From positions 204,856 through 268,855 of the forward strand of contig CAAGCB010000029.1 in assembly GCA_900768185.1 (NCBI GenBank): 64,000 nucleotides of DNA, given 5' to 3'. Position numbers and translations under genes: made by a program. Below the pieces are notes generated by a model. It had not been told where the DNA came from and made no database searches. It saw only the letters and a list, made by a program, of their open reading frames with translations. This DNA comes from Alphaproteobacteria bacterium (GTDB taxonomy: Bacteria > Pseudomonadota > Alphaproteobacteria > CAAGCB01 > CAG-977). This document shows positions 36,193-44,560 of the stretch, one piece after another (the stretch's first letter is position 1; each line of letters opens with the position of its first letter).

Positions 36193-37551
36193 ATGGACGG
36201 ATATTTGAAAAACCTGATTGACGACGTGAACGCCCTGCCCGCGCACCGATGTTTCGGATCGGTCAGCGCGATCAAAGGCATGCTGGTCGAACTGTCGGGC
36301 ATTCACGCCGATTTATCCGTCGGCGATCGTTGCGAAATCCACGCCCGCGGCGGCAAAAAGGTCGTGTGCGAAGTCGTCGGCTTCAACGGCGGCAAAGTGC
36401 TGGCGATGCCCTTTACGACACTGGACGGCGTCGGTCCCGGAAACGCCGTCGACGTGTGCGACGCTTTGCCCGTGCTGTACCCCGACGTTTCGTGGCTGGG
36501 ACGCGTCATCAACGCGATGGGCGATCCCGTCGACGGCAAAGGTCCTTTGATCAAAGGCAACGTCCCTTGTCCGATCCACAACGCCCCGCCGCCCGCCAAT
36601 TCGCGCCAGCGCGTCGCGGGCAAAGCGGATTTGGGCGTTCGGGCGATCAACACGTTTCTGACCGTGTGCAAGGGACAGCGTATGGGCATTTTCGCGGGAT
36701 CGGGCGTCGGCAAATCGTCGCTGATGGCGATGATGGCGCGCCACACCCGATTGGACGTGACGGTTCTGGGATTGATCGGCGAACGCGGACGCGAAGCGCG
36801 CGAGTTCATCGAGGACGATTTGGGCGAAGAAGGCATGAAGCGCAGCGTCGTCGTCGTGGCGACATCGGACGAAAGTCCGTTGATGCGCCGTCAAGCCGCC
36901 TATGTCGCGATGACGGTCGCCGAATATTTCCGTAATTTGAAAAACAACGTGCTGTGCATGATGGACAGCATCACCCGTTTTGCCATGGCGCAGCGCGAAA
37001 TCAGCCTGTCCGCGGGGGAACCGCCCGCGACAAAGGGCTACACGCCATCGGTTTTCGCCGAATTGCCCAAACTGTTGGAACGCGCGGGTCCCGGTCAGAC
37101 CGGAGCGGGATCGATCACGGGACTGTTCACGGTTTTGGTGGACGGCGACGACCATAACGAGCCGATCGCGGACGCCGTGCGCGGGATTTTGGACGGACAC
37201 ATCGTGCTGGAACGCGCGATCGCCGAACGCAACCGCTATCCCGCCGTGAACCTGTTGCGCAGCATTTCGCGTACGATGCCGGGGTGCAACTCTGACGAAG
37301 AAAACGCTTTGGTCAATCGGGCGCGCACGCTGATTTCCACCTATGAAAACATGGCGGAGCTGATTCGGCTCGGCGCGTACAAGCGCGGATCAAACGCGCA
37401 GGTGGACGAGGCTATTTTCTATTACGACAAACTGGAAGCGTTCATTTCCCAGCGCAAAAGGGACAAAGTCGACTTTGCGACGGGATACCGCGAATTAGCC
37501 GAAATTCTGGCGCAAAAGCCCGACGCGAAGCAGCGTCAAGCCGCGGGATAA
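36193..37551 (+). CDS. fliI: Flagellum-specific ATP synthase FliI
   Basis: Walker A GIFAGSGVGKSSLM, Walker B VLCMMDSITRFAMAQREI, F1/FliI family organisation, about 452 aa from ATG 36193 (MDGYLKNL). Confidence 0.9.
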   Translation: MDGYLKNLIDDVNALPAHRCFGSVSAIKGMLVELSGIHADLSVGDRCEIHARGGKKVVCEVVGFNGGKVLAMPFTTLDGVGPGNAVDVCDALPVLYPDVSWLGRVINAMGDPVDGKGPLIKGNVPCPIHNAPPPANSRQRVAGKADLGVRAINTFLTVCKGQRMGIFAGSGVGKSSLMAMMARHTRLDVTVLGLIGERGREAREFIEDDLGEEGMKRSVVVVATSDESPLMRRQAAYVAMTVAEYFRNLKNNVLCMMDSITRFAMAQREISLSAGEPPATKGYTPSVFAELPKLLERAGPGQTGAGSITGLFTVLVDGDDHNEPIADAVRGILDGHIVLERAIAERNRYPAVNLLRSISRTMPGCNSDEENALVNRARTLISTYENMAELIRLGAYKRGSNAQVDEAIFYYDKLEAFISQRKRDKVDFATGYRELAEILAQKPDAKQRQAAG

Positions 37552-37559
37552 TCCGTTAA

Positions 37560-38054
37560 ATGGCAAAAAACGAACTGAAAACGCTGATCCGCGTGCATAA
37601 ATTCGAACTGGACGAGCGTCAAAGAAAACTGGGAAACCTGTTACGATTCGAACAGTCTTTGGAAAACCGCAAAATCCTGCTGGCGGAACGGTTCAAGCAA
37701 GAAGAAGCCGCCGCGAACGAAAACCCCGTCGCCGCACTGACGTTCGGCGCCTATGTCGATTGGCACATCGACGAAAATCGACGCGTCGACCGCGCCTTGG
37801 AAGACACCAGACAGGAAATTCTGGACATGCGCGAAGAAATCCGCGCCACGTATCAAGAACTGAAAACGCTTGAAATCACGCAAGAAAACCGTGATCGGCG
37901 CGAGGAAGAGGAGGAGGAACGTAAAAACAGCGCCGTTCTGGACGAAATCGGATTGACCCTTTACCGCCGCAACAAACGGGAGGAAGCGGAAAACGACGCG
38001 AAAGACGAAGAAAAAGAACGGGAAACCTCCGATTTGCAGAAAGCTTGCGATTGA
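37560..38054 (+). CDS. fliJ: Flagellar export protein FliJ-like (coiled-coil)
   Basis: Small charged coiled-coil protein directly after fliI (9 nt gap). Composition and size typical of FliJ. Confidence 0.5.
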   Translation: MAKNELKTLIRVHKFELDERQRKLGNLLRFEQSLENRKILLAERFKQEEAAANENPVAALTFGAYVDWHIDENRRVDRALEDTRQEILDMREEIRATYQELKTLEITQENRDRREEEEEERKNSAVLDEIGLTLYRRNKREEAENDAKDEEKERETSDLQKACD

Positions 38055-38171
38055 CGCGTCAAACGGCGAACAAAAAAAATCTAAAAACACGCCCTTTTTA
38101 AATTAAAAGACGCGTCGAAAGGACGTCTTGGCGTTCAGCCGCACGGATTTCGGCGAAAATCGCCATAAATC

Positions 38172-38507
38172 TTAAAGCTCTTGACGGGCGACGGCGGCGC
38201 CATATCCGTTCGCTTTGCGCAAACGACTCATCACGTCGTTGACTTTCACCCCGCCGCGCGCCATTAAATTTGAAGAGCGTTCAGCGTCGGGAACGAAATA
38301 GTAATCGCCCGCCGTTGGCTGTCCGGTCAAGGGTTCATAGCCCTGCCGTTCGGTCGGAACGCTTTTTTGCGAACGGAACGGTTCGTCGAACACGGGTGTA
38401 GACTCTTGTCCCCCGGACACCTGCTTTGTCTGTTTCTGAAAATCCAGTTTTTGGAATCCGTTGCCCGCGACGATTTGTTCGACCGCTACCCGCCCGCACG
38501 GATTCAC
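38172..38507 (-). CDS. Hypothetical protein
   Basis: ORF with normal GC and codon bias. No recognisable motif. Confidence 0.3.
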   Translation of the reverse strand: MNPCGRVAVEQIVAGNGFQKLDFQKQTKQVSGGQESTPVFDEPFRSQKSVPTERQGYEPLTGQPTAGDYYFVPDAERSSNLMARGGVKVNDVMSRLRKANGYGAAVARQEL

Positions 38508-38715
38508 GTCTGCCGCAAACGCATAAAATGCGCGAAAAACGGCGATTTTCAGCTGTCAAATCGTCGCCGAGCTGCTATGCGTGGTTCGTCTGGCAAAAAG
38601 GATTTCACGACGGCAAAACAATCATCGACAGGATTTAAAATTTTGGGCGAAATGCCGCAGGCATTGGGCGCGGCGCGGGCAAAATTTTCAAGGCGGGGAG
38701 CCTCCCCGCCTTATT

Positions 38716-39051
38716 TTATTCTTCGACTTTTCCAACGTTTTGCGCGTCGATAAGATAATCGGCGGCTTTTTGCGCCATTGAACAGGCGGAAACAATCTTT
38801 TTCGGGTCGTCGTGAACGACTTTCAGCCAAGATTTCAAATAAGCCAAGTTGTTTTTGGAAAAAGCGTAGTCGTACCCGATATGACTGCAAACCATTCCCG
38901 CGCCGATGTCGGCGATCAGTTCCTCAAAGGCGTAGGATTCATTTCCGAAACGTCCTTTCATATCGCGATTTAAGCGGTGTTTGTGTCCGGTCGCGTGGAT
39001 CGTTTCGTGCGCCAAAGTCGAAACGAAGCCCGTTTCCGAATGACTTTTCAA
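38716..39051 (-). pseudogene. ArdC-like antirestriction protein, C-terminal zincin-like metallopeptidase domain only (N-terminal ssDNA-binding domain missing)
   Basis: STLAHETIHATGHKHRLNRD...FGNESYAFEELIADIGAGMVC matches the ArdC C-terminal HExxH region. The frame is open only for this 111-codon piece and is flanked by strong hairpins on both sides. Confidence 0.5.
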
Positions 39052-39107
39052 ACCCCGCCTTGTTTTTTCGATAAGGCGGGGTTATTTTTTGTAAAAAAGG
39101 ACAAGCG

Positions 39108-39233
39108 ATGAAACAAACGTTTTCAATTACGGGGATGAGCTGCGTGGCGTGCGCCACCCACGTCGACACCTACGCCCAATCCTTTGACGGCGTTCCGTTG
39201 TCGTCAAAGAAAGCTTCTCATATCAGCCCCTAG
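39108..39233 (+). pseudogene. 41-codon remnant of a heavy-metal-associated (HMA) domain, the N-terminus of a CopA/ZntA-type P-type ATPase
   Basis: MKQTFSITGMSCVACATHVD... (GMxCxxC metal-binding motif), then a TAG stop after 41 codons. Not in the ORF track because it is short. Confidence 0.45.
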
Positions 39234-39234
39234 C

Positions 39235-39690
39235 CTATAATAGAGATACTATTCCATCAAGTCTCGGCTCCAGCTCCGGCGCAGAACATTCAGCTAAAGG
39301 AAACAATTCAGGTGATTTTTTTGTTGTCTGCTCAGAGCGTAGTCTTACTTTTTTTACATCACGTATTCCATCTAAAGAAAGATATGTTCCAACTATATGC
39401 CTTTCTTTTCCGGTTTTAATTGAAATGTAGCAAGGCCAATTTGAATAGATTTCTACGTCCCAATCGTCATAATAGGCAATATCAAAATAAATTTTTTGAT
39501 CATGATCGCTTTTTGTCCAAAGTGTACATGTTCCAGAGCGTACACTTTCGGAATGCATAATACTTATTCCAGCTGGAAGATGGTGATTTAATTCTTTTCC
39601 AATCTTATTGCATAAAGAATTTTCTGTTCTTTCTTCTTTGCCACACCCCATAAGTAAACAAATACATACAAGAAAAAAATATTTTTTCAT
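39235..39690 (-). CDS. Small lipoprotein of unknown function in the AT-rich cassette
   Basis: Start at MKKYFFLVCICLLMGCGKEE (signal peptide plus lipobox LMGC). About 30% GC, which is foreign to this replicon. Start codon 1 nt after the upstream gene's stop. Confidence 0.45.
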   Translation of the reverse strand: MKKYFFLVCICLLMGCGKEERTENSLCNKIGKELNHHLPAGISIMHSESVRSGTCTLWTKSDHDQKIYFDIAYYDDWDVEIYSNWPCYISIKTGKERHIVGTYLSLDGIRDVKKVRLRSEQTTKKSPELFPLAECSAPELEPRLDGIVSLL

Positions 39691-39691
39691 T

Positions 39692-40393
39692 TTAAGCTCC
39701 TTGGAAACACAGCGTAATCTGTTTAAAATGAAACAGATTAACCCAAAAATTTTGTAAAACGTCATAAAAGCAAAAGAAATCTTTCTCAGATACTCTAAAT
39801 CCATACTTAGCACTATCCTTAAGCTTGTCAGAATCCTTAAGCTTGTCAGAAAAATCAGAAGGATAGATAAAAAAAGAGGAAGGACATTTATATAAAAGTT
39901 CTAAAGAAATACCGTCTCCGTGTTTTATAACATTCGCGACTAGAGAAAGAACTTTAATTTTTTCAAAAGATTCTTTGAGTGATATGTTTTTAGAAAACAA
40001 TTCATTAATTTCTCTGAAAGAAAACTTATTTATTTTTTCTTTTTCATCGTCAAGCAAAGGGTGGTTGTATAAAAAATTTTTAATATCTCTTTCCCATAAA
40101 CTGTATAAGCCGAGAATCAGCAATTTTGTATATTCATATTTTGTGAAATTTTGTTCATATTCTTTTTCCGCTAAAGCATTAGACCATTTTTCAGGATTTT
40201 CTTGGAAGTCCGGCAATTCTTCTTGCCTTTCTTTTTCTAAAGTTTCTTCCGAAAAAAGATCGAACACTTGCTTTGCTTTCTTTTTGAAAAAAGAAAGATG
40301 GTCGAGCATATATCCAAATGAATTCACAAAAATAGTTATTTGCTTTCTTTTTTGCATTGTAAATTTCCGAGTAAAATTTTTAACAATATACAA
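39692..40393 (-). CDS. Hypothetical cytoplasmic protein of unknown function in the AT-rich cassette (contains an 18-bp tandem duplication)
   Basis: 233-codon ORF, K/E/F/N-rich with AT-rich codon usage. No recognisable motif. Alternative start MQKRKQ at 40357. Confidence 0.4.
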   Translation of the reverse strand: MYIVKNFTRKFTMQKRKQITIFVNSFGYMLDHLSFFKKKAKQVFDLFSEETLEKERQEELPDFQENPEKWSNALAEKEYEQNFTKYEYTKLLILGLYSLWERDIKNFLYNHPLLDDEKEKINKFSFREINELFSKNISLKESFEKIKVLSLVANVIKHGDGISLELLYKCPSSFFIYPSDFSDKLKDSDKLKDSAKYGFRVSEKDFFCFYDVLQNFWVNLFHFKQITLCFQGA

Positions 40394-40614
40394 ACAATTG
40401 ACAAATATGTCAACGTAAATTTAAACTGGTTATAATTTAAATAATTTGTGATTGATTGATATAATTTATTAATGTGGGCATCAAGCGAAAAAACTTTGAG
40501 AAAGAGCTAACAACCTAACTCCAAGTCCATGATTTTAGGATACGAAAGCCGATTGACTTTGACAACCCTTTTTCAGTCAGCTCCTTCCTAACGCGGTCAA
40601 ATTTCGGGCAAACA

Positions 40615-40648
40615 GAAACCCGCGGAAATCAACGTTTCCGCGGGTTTT
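40615..40648. terminator. Perfect 12-bp-stem hairpin (AACCCGCGGAAA/TTTCCGCGGGTT) with a T-run, immediately 3' of tRNA-Arg. Bidirectional terminator-like.
   Basis: Read directly: aaacccgcggaaa tcaacg tttccgcgggtttt. Confidence 0.55.
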
Positions 40649-40650
40649 AG

Positions 40651-40727
40651 TGGCGCGCCCAGGAGAATTCGAATCCCCAGCCTTCTGATCCGTAGTCAGA
40701 TGCTCTATCCAGTTGAGCTATGGGCGC
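40651..40727 (-). tRNA. tRNA-Arg (anticodon ACG)
   Basis: The reverse complement folds as GCGCCCA-TA-GCTC-AACTGGATA-GAGC-A-TCTGA-CTACGGA-TCAGA-AGGCT-GGGGA-TTCGAAT-TCTCC-TGGGCGC-G-CCA. Seven-bp acceptor, T-loop TTCGAAT, anticodon loop CT-ACG-GA, encoded CCA. Confidence 0.85.
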
Positions 40728-40920
40728 CTGAACAGGTACTGTATATACCCTCGGCTTTGATCGATTGCAAGGATTTTTTTTCAAAAAATGCAACTTTTTT
40801 TGTTTTTTGATAAAAAATCTTGAAAAACGGCTATTTTCCGTTACATTTAAAAAGTCGGGGGACGCTTTCGCGCTTTCCGACGGGAAAATTGCGCAATTTT
40901 CTAACGATAAGGTACTTAAA

Positions 40921-42042
40921 ATGATTCTTTCCAAAAGACTTTCCATGGCGGCGACTTTGTTGGCTTTGACGGGCTGCGTCGGGACGGTCGGTCCCGCCGC
41001 CGACGATTATTACGCCGATGATTTCGCCATTGAAAAGACGGCTTCCCGCAAAACGGCTCCGACCGTTCGGCAAGACGCCGCCCGCCCCGCCGAAACGTAC
41101 GCCGTCGGAACGGCGACCGCCGATTCGGACGTTTCCGCCTTCGCGAACGCTCAAAATTCCGAAGTCGGGAAAAGGATTGCCTCCATCGCCGCGAAATTGA
41201 CGCAAATCAACGACGGCATCGTTAAAAACACCGCCGCTTTCAACACGTTGAAAACGCAAAGCGCGCAGGAAGCCGAAACCTACTATGAAAACGTCGCCAA
41301 AATCTATGTCCGTCTGCAAAAAGGCACGACCCCCGGCAACCCCGAACTGACCGCAATGTGGAAACAATCCGCGCAGCTGCTGACGGGCGCGGACAAGAAT
41401 ATGACGGAAACGGCGAAGCTTTCGACCGAAACCGTCCGCGCCAGAAACGAACTGGATTCTCTGTTAAACACGATATCGGAAACCTACATGGTTCCGGGCG
41501 CGTTGGAATCCGACCACGAAAATCTGAAAAAAGTGGAGGACGACGCGCGGCGTTTGATTATTTCCTTGGATCGTCTGACGTCTGAAATCGCGGCGCAGAT
41601 TACGCGTCAGCAGCAGTATTTCAGCGCCGAAAAACAAAATATCGATCAGCTGGACAAGGAAATCCGCAACGGCGGCATGATCAACGCGACACGTTCGGCG
41701 GCAGCAGCCGCGCCGATCGCGCTGAACGCCGTTTCCGCTTTGCCCGAAGCGAATCTGACGGGACGCCGTCCGCTGATGGTGATTCGGTTCAACAAGAAAA
41801 ACATCGCCTACGAACGGTCGCTGTACGACGCGGTCAAAGCCGCGCTGGACAAGCGTCCGACAACGAATTTTGAAGTTGTCGCCGTCAGTTCCGGCAGTGC
41901 CGACGCAGCCGAAGCCGTCAAAAACGCGGAAACGGTTCGCGACACGCTGGCGTCAATGGGGTTGCCCGAAGACCGCGTTTATTCTTCAAAAACAGAAAAA
42001 GCGGGCATCAAATCGACCGAAGTCCACTTGTATTTGAAATAA
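40921..42042 (+). CDS. Coiled-coil lipoprotein, possibly with an OmpA-like C-terminal region
   Basis: Start at MILSKRLSMAATLLALTGCVG (lipobox LTGC). Long Q/E/A-rich helical middle, C-terminal ...VRDTLASMGLPEDRVYSSKTEK... loosely OmpA_C-like. Confidence 0.55.
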   Translation: MILSKRLSMAATLLALTGCVGTVGPAADDYYADDFAIEKTASRKTAPTVRQDAARPAETYAVGTATADSDVSAFANAQNSEVGKRIASIAAKLTQINDGIVKNTAAFNTLKTQSAQEAETYYENVAKIYVRLQKGTTPGNPELTAMWKQSAQLLTGADKNMTETAKLSTETVRARNELDSLLNTISETYMVPGALESDHENLKKVEDDARRLIISLDRLTSEIAAQITRQQQYFSAEKQNIDQLDKEIRNGGMINATRSAAAAAPIALNAVSALPEANLTGRRPLMVIRFNKKNIAYERSLYDAVKAALDKRPTTNFEVVAVSSGSADAAEAVKNAETVRDTLASMGLPEDRVYSSKTEKAGIKSTEVHLYLK

Positions 42043-42063
42043 CCCGAAAGAAAGCATGACGGC

Positions 42064-43326
42064 GTGGCGACAGCGGAACAGCAGCTTTATGACAAACTGA
42101 AACGAATCGAGCCGGTGAAAGCCGCTTCCACGGCTCTTTTCGTCAAGATGTCGATGCTGAATCCCGCAAACCGCACGAAAAACCACGTCAGAATGACATT
42201 AAACGCCCTGAACGAGATGATTATCAAATCTCAATCGGGGCTTTTTGCTTTATCCAACAACGACATTGTTGTCGTCGGGCAAAACATACCTCCCGCCCTG
42301 TTGAACGAAGCCATGGCGTCCGTGCGCAACATTTTTCAATCGGACACGTTCGCCGCGGCTAATCCGACCGATTTTGTCAAAGCTTACGCGCTGGCTTACG
42401 ATTTCGACTTTGTCGCGGGATACGCCAAAAAAGCGATCGCCGATTTGGAAAACAGGCAAAGCGGAAAGCAGGAAATTCCTCTTGCCCCCGAACATTTGGA
42501 CGCGATTTTGCGCAACATTCAGGGGTTCAATATTTTAAAGGTCATTCGCCGTCAGGAAGCCGTCGGCATTTCAAAAACGGGCGGATTTTCATCGCTGTTC
42601 ACCGAATATTTCACATCTATGGCGGATTTAAAAAAAGCGATCGCCCCCGATGTGGACGTTTTATCGAACAGATGGCTGTTCCAGCATCTGAGCGAAACGC
42701 TGGACAAACGCATGCTGGGGTGCGGCGGCGACCTGATCGCCCACACGCCCGGCGACATTTCACTGAACCTGAACATTTCCACCGTTTTCACCCCCGCCTT
42801 TGAAGCTTTTTTGACCGCTTTGCCGAACGACCGTTTCGTGGTGGTCGAAGTCGGACTGGCGGACATTTTGCAAAACACGCGCAACTATAATTACGCGCGC
42901 GATTTGTTGCGCGAATCCGGACACAGGCTGTTGATTGACGGACTGACGCCCCTGTCGTTCGATTTCATGGATTTGACGCAGTTGAATCCCGATTTGTTGA
43001 AATTAAATTGGATTCCGTCCCTGATTACGGCGGATCTGAGCGAAAAATTGCGCCCGTTCGACCCTGAAACGTTGATTTTAATGCGATGCGAAGATGAAAA
43101 CGCGATGCGTTGGGGACTGGAACACCACATCATGCGTTATCAGGGCTATTTCATCGACAAGCTGACGGCGACGCTCGCCCGTCACGGTTGCCGCGACAAA
43201 GCGAACTGCACGACGGCGCAATGTTCGGCGCGCAAAGCCTGCATCGCCGGTTCGGCGCGCGCGGTCTGCACGAATCAAAGCCGGCTGGATTTGCCGATTA
43301 TCGGAAAGAAAGGAGCGGCGTCATGA
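42064..43326 (+). CDS. Degenerate EAL-like domain protein (paralogue A), unknown N-terminal domain
   Basis: C-terminal about 240 aa has EAL-fold landmarks (Q..VGI...EYFTSM, LNLNIS, VVVEVGL, LLIDGLTPLSF in place of DDFGTGYS, LKLNW, MRCEDENAMRWGLEHHIMRYQGYFI in place of AEGVE...QGYLF). Confidence 0.5.
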   Translation: MATAEQQLYDKLKRIEPVKAASTALFVKMSMLNPANRTKNHVRMTLNALNEMIIKSQSGLFALSNNDIVVVGQNIPPALLNEAMASVRNIFQSDTFAAANPTDFVKAYALAYDFDFVAGYAKKAIADLENRQSGKQEIPLAPEHLDAILRNIQGFNILKVIRRQEAVGISKTGGFSSLFTEYFTSMADLKKAIAPDVDVLSNRWLFQHLSETLDKRMLGCGGDLIAHTPGDISLNLNISTVFTPAFEAFLTALPNDRFVVVEVGLADILQNTRNYNYARDLLRESGHRLLIDGLTPLSFDFMDLTQLNPDLLKLNWIPSLITADLSEKLRPFDPETLILMRCEDENAMRWGLEHHIMRYQGYFIDKLTATLARHGCRDKANCTTAQCSARKACIAGSARAVCTNQSRLDLPIIGKKGAAS

Positions 43327-44543
43327 TCAACCACGACGAACAGATCCGCCGCTATGTGGCTGACGCGCTGAAATCGGGACAGCGTCAAACCGTTGTTCAG
43401 CTGAAAATATCGCAAATCGATCCCGCTTTGCGCAAAGACAGCCTTTTGTCGATGATTTTGACGGTATTCCACGACGTTTTATCGCTGTACGGTCAGGCGT
43501 TCTGTTTGAAAAACGATGATATTTTCGTTTTTTATTCGCAAAAAATCAACGACAACACCATCAAAGCCGCCACCATCAAGACATGGCTGAATTTTTCGGA
43601 CGATCCCAACGCGCGGGACGCCAAGACGCTGGAAAAGACGTACACCTTGCCCGCGGACGGCGACGCTTTGCAGCACGAAATCGCGCGCATTGCGAACGGT
43701 CCCGCCCGCGCCGCGGTCAAAAAAGAGGAAACTCGCCGTTTCGTCCTGCCGCCAGCCATCAACAAAAACCAAAAGCTGTTCACGCCCGAAATGTTGGCGC
43801 GCGTGACGCAAGCGTTGCAAAACACGGATTTTTCAAATGTGATCCGCCGCCAGCCCGTTTGCATCATCTTGGAAGATTCAAAGCCTCAGCCTTTATTCGA
43901 AGAAGTTTTCGTATCCATTGCGGATTTAAGCGAATCGGTTCTGCCCGGTGTGTCGCTGACGGCGACGCCGTGGCTGTTTCAGGATTTGACCGAAACGCTG
44001 GACAAGCGCGTTTTACACAGCGTGTCGCAACATGACGACGGCGCTTTCCGCCGCGATTTTTCGCTGAATCTGAACATTTCGACAATTTTGTCCGAAGACT
44101 TTCGCGAATTTGACGACAATATCCGTTCCGCCATGAAAAGCTCGATCGTTTTGGAATTGCAGCCGATCGACATTTTCAGCGATTTGCAATCGTATTTGTG
44201 CGCGCGCGACTACACCAAAAATCTGGGATATAAAATTTGCGTCGACGGCGTAACGGCGCAAACCCTGCCCTTGATCGACCGCGAACAGCTGGGCGTCGAT
44301 TACGTCAAGCTGACATGGAACGACGGTTTGCCCGACATGCTGGAACAAAACGCTTCGTTGGGCGACAAAGTCAGAAATTACGGCGCGAACAGAACGATTT
44401 TATGCCGCGTCGACGATGAAAAGGCGTTGGATTTCGCCGAAAAATACGACATCACCCTGTTTCAGGGACGCTATATCCAGCATTTGCTGTATTCCGACCC
44501 GCGCAACCGCCGCGTCGGATCGACCTTGTTGCACAGACGCTGA
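43323..44543 (+). CDS. Degenerate EAL-like domain protein (paralogue B)
   Basis: Collinear with paralogue A (WLFQDLTETLDKRVL, SLNLNIS, CVDGVTAQTL, LCRVDDEKALDFAEKYDITLFQGRYI). Start ATG overlaps the stop of A (ATGA). Confidence 0.5.
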   Translation: MINHDEQIRRYVADALKSGQRQTVVQLKISQIDPALRKDSLLSMILTVFHDVLSLYGQAFCLKNDDIFVFYSQKINDNTIKAATIKTWLNFSDDPNARDAKTLEKTYTLPADGDALQHEIARIANGPARAAVKKEETRRFVLPPAINKNQKLFTPEMLARVTQALQNTDFSNVIRRQPVCIILEDSKPQPLFEEVFVSIADLSESVLPGVSLTATPWLFQDLTETLDKRVLHSVSQHDDGAFRRDFSLNLNISTILSEDFREFDDNIRSAMKSSIVLELQPIDIFSDLQSYLCARDYTKNLGYKICVDGVTAQTLPLIDREQLGVDYVKLTWNDGLPDMLEQNASLGDKVRNYGANRTILCRVDDEKALDFAEKYDITLFQGRYIQHLLYSDPRNRRVGSTLLHRR

Positions 44544-44560
44544 AATTAAAGGAGCCGCCC

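Noticed and set aside
38664-38712. Segment TTGGGCGCGGCGCGGGCAAAATTTTCAAGG followed by a 10-bp perfect hairpin. It was considered as a direct-repeat copy of the tRNA-Arg 3' end (TGGCGCGCCCAGGAGAATTCGAATCC) marking the distal att site of the island.
   Set aside because: Similarity is patchy, with several indels needed. I could not find a clean copy of 15 bp or more of the tRNA 3' end anywhere in 38000-40600 by eye. The hairpin itself is kept only as a probable bidirectional terminator.
40394-40614. About 220-bp non-coding stretch between the AT-rich cassette and the tRNA terminator. It was considered for an sRNA or integrase remnant.
   Set aside because: There is no ORF and no recognisable structure beyond generic AT-rich promoter-like hexamers. 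Most likely it is the promoter/leader region of the cassette plus residual island DNA.
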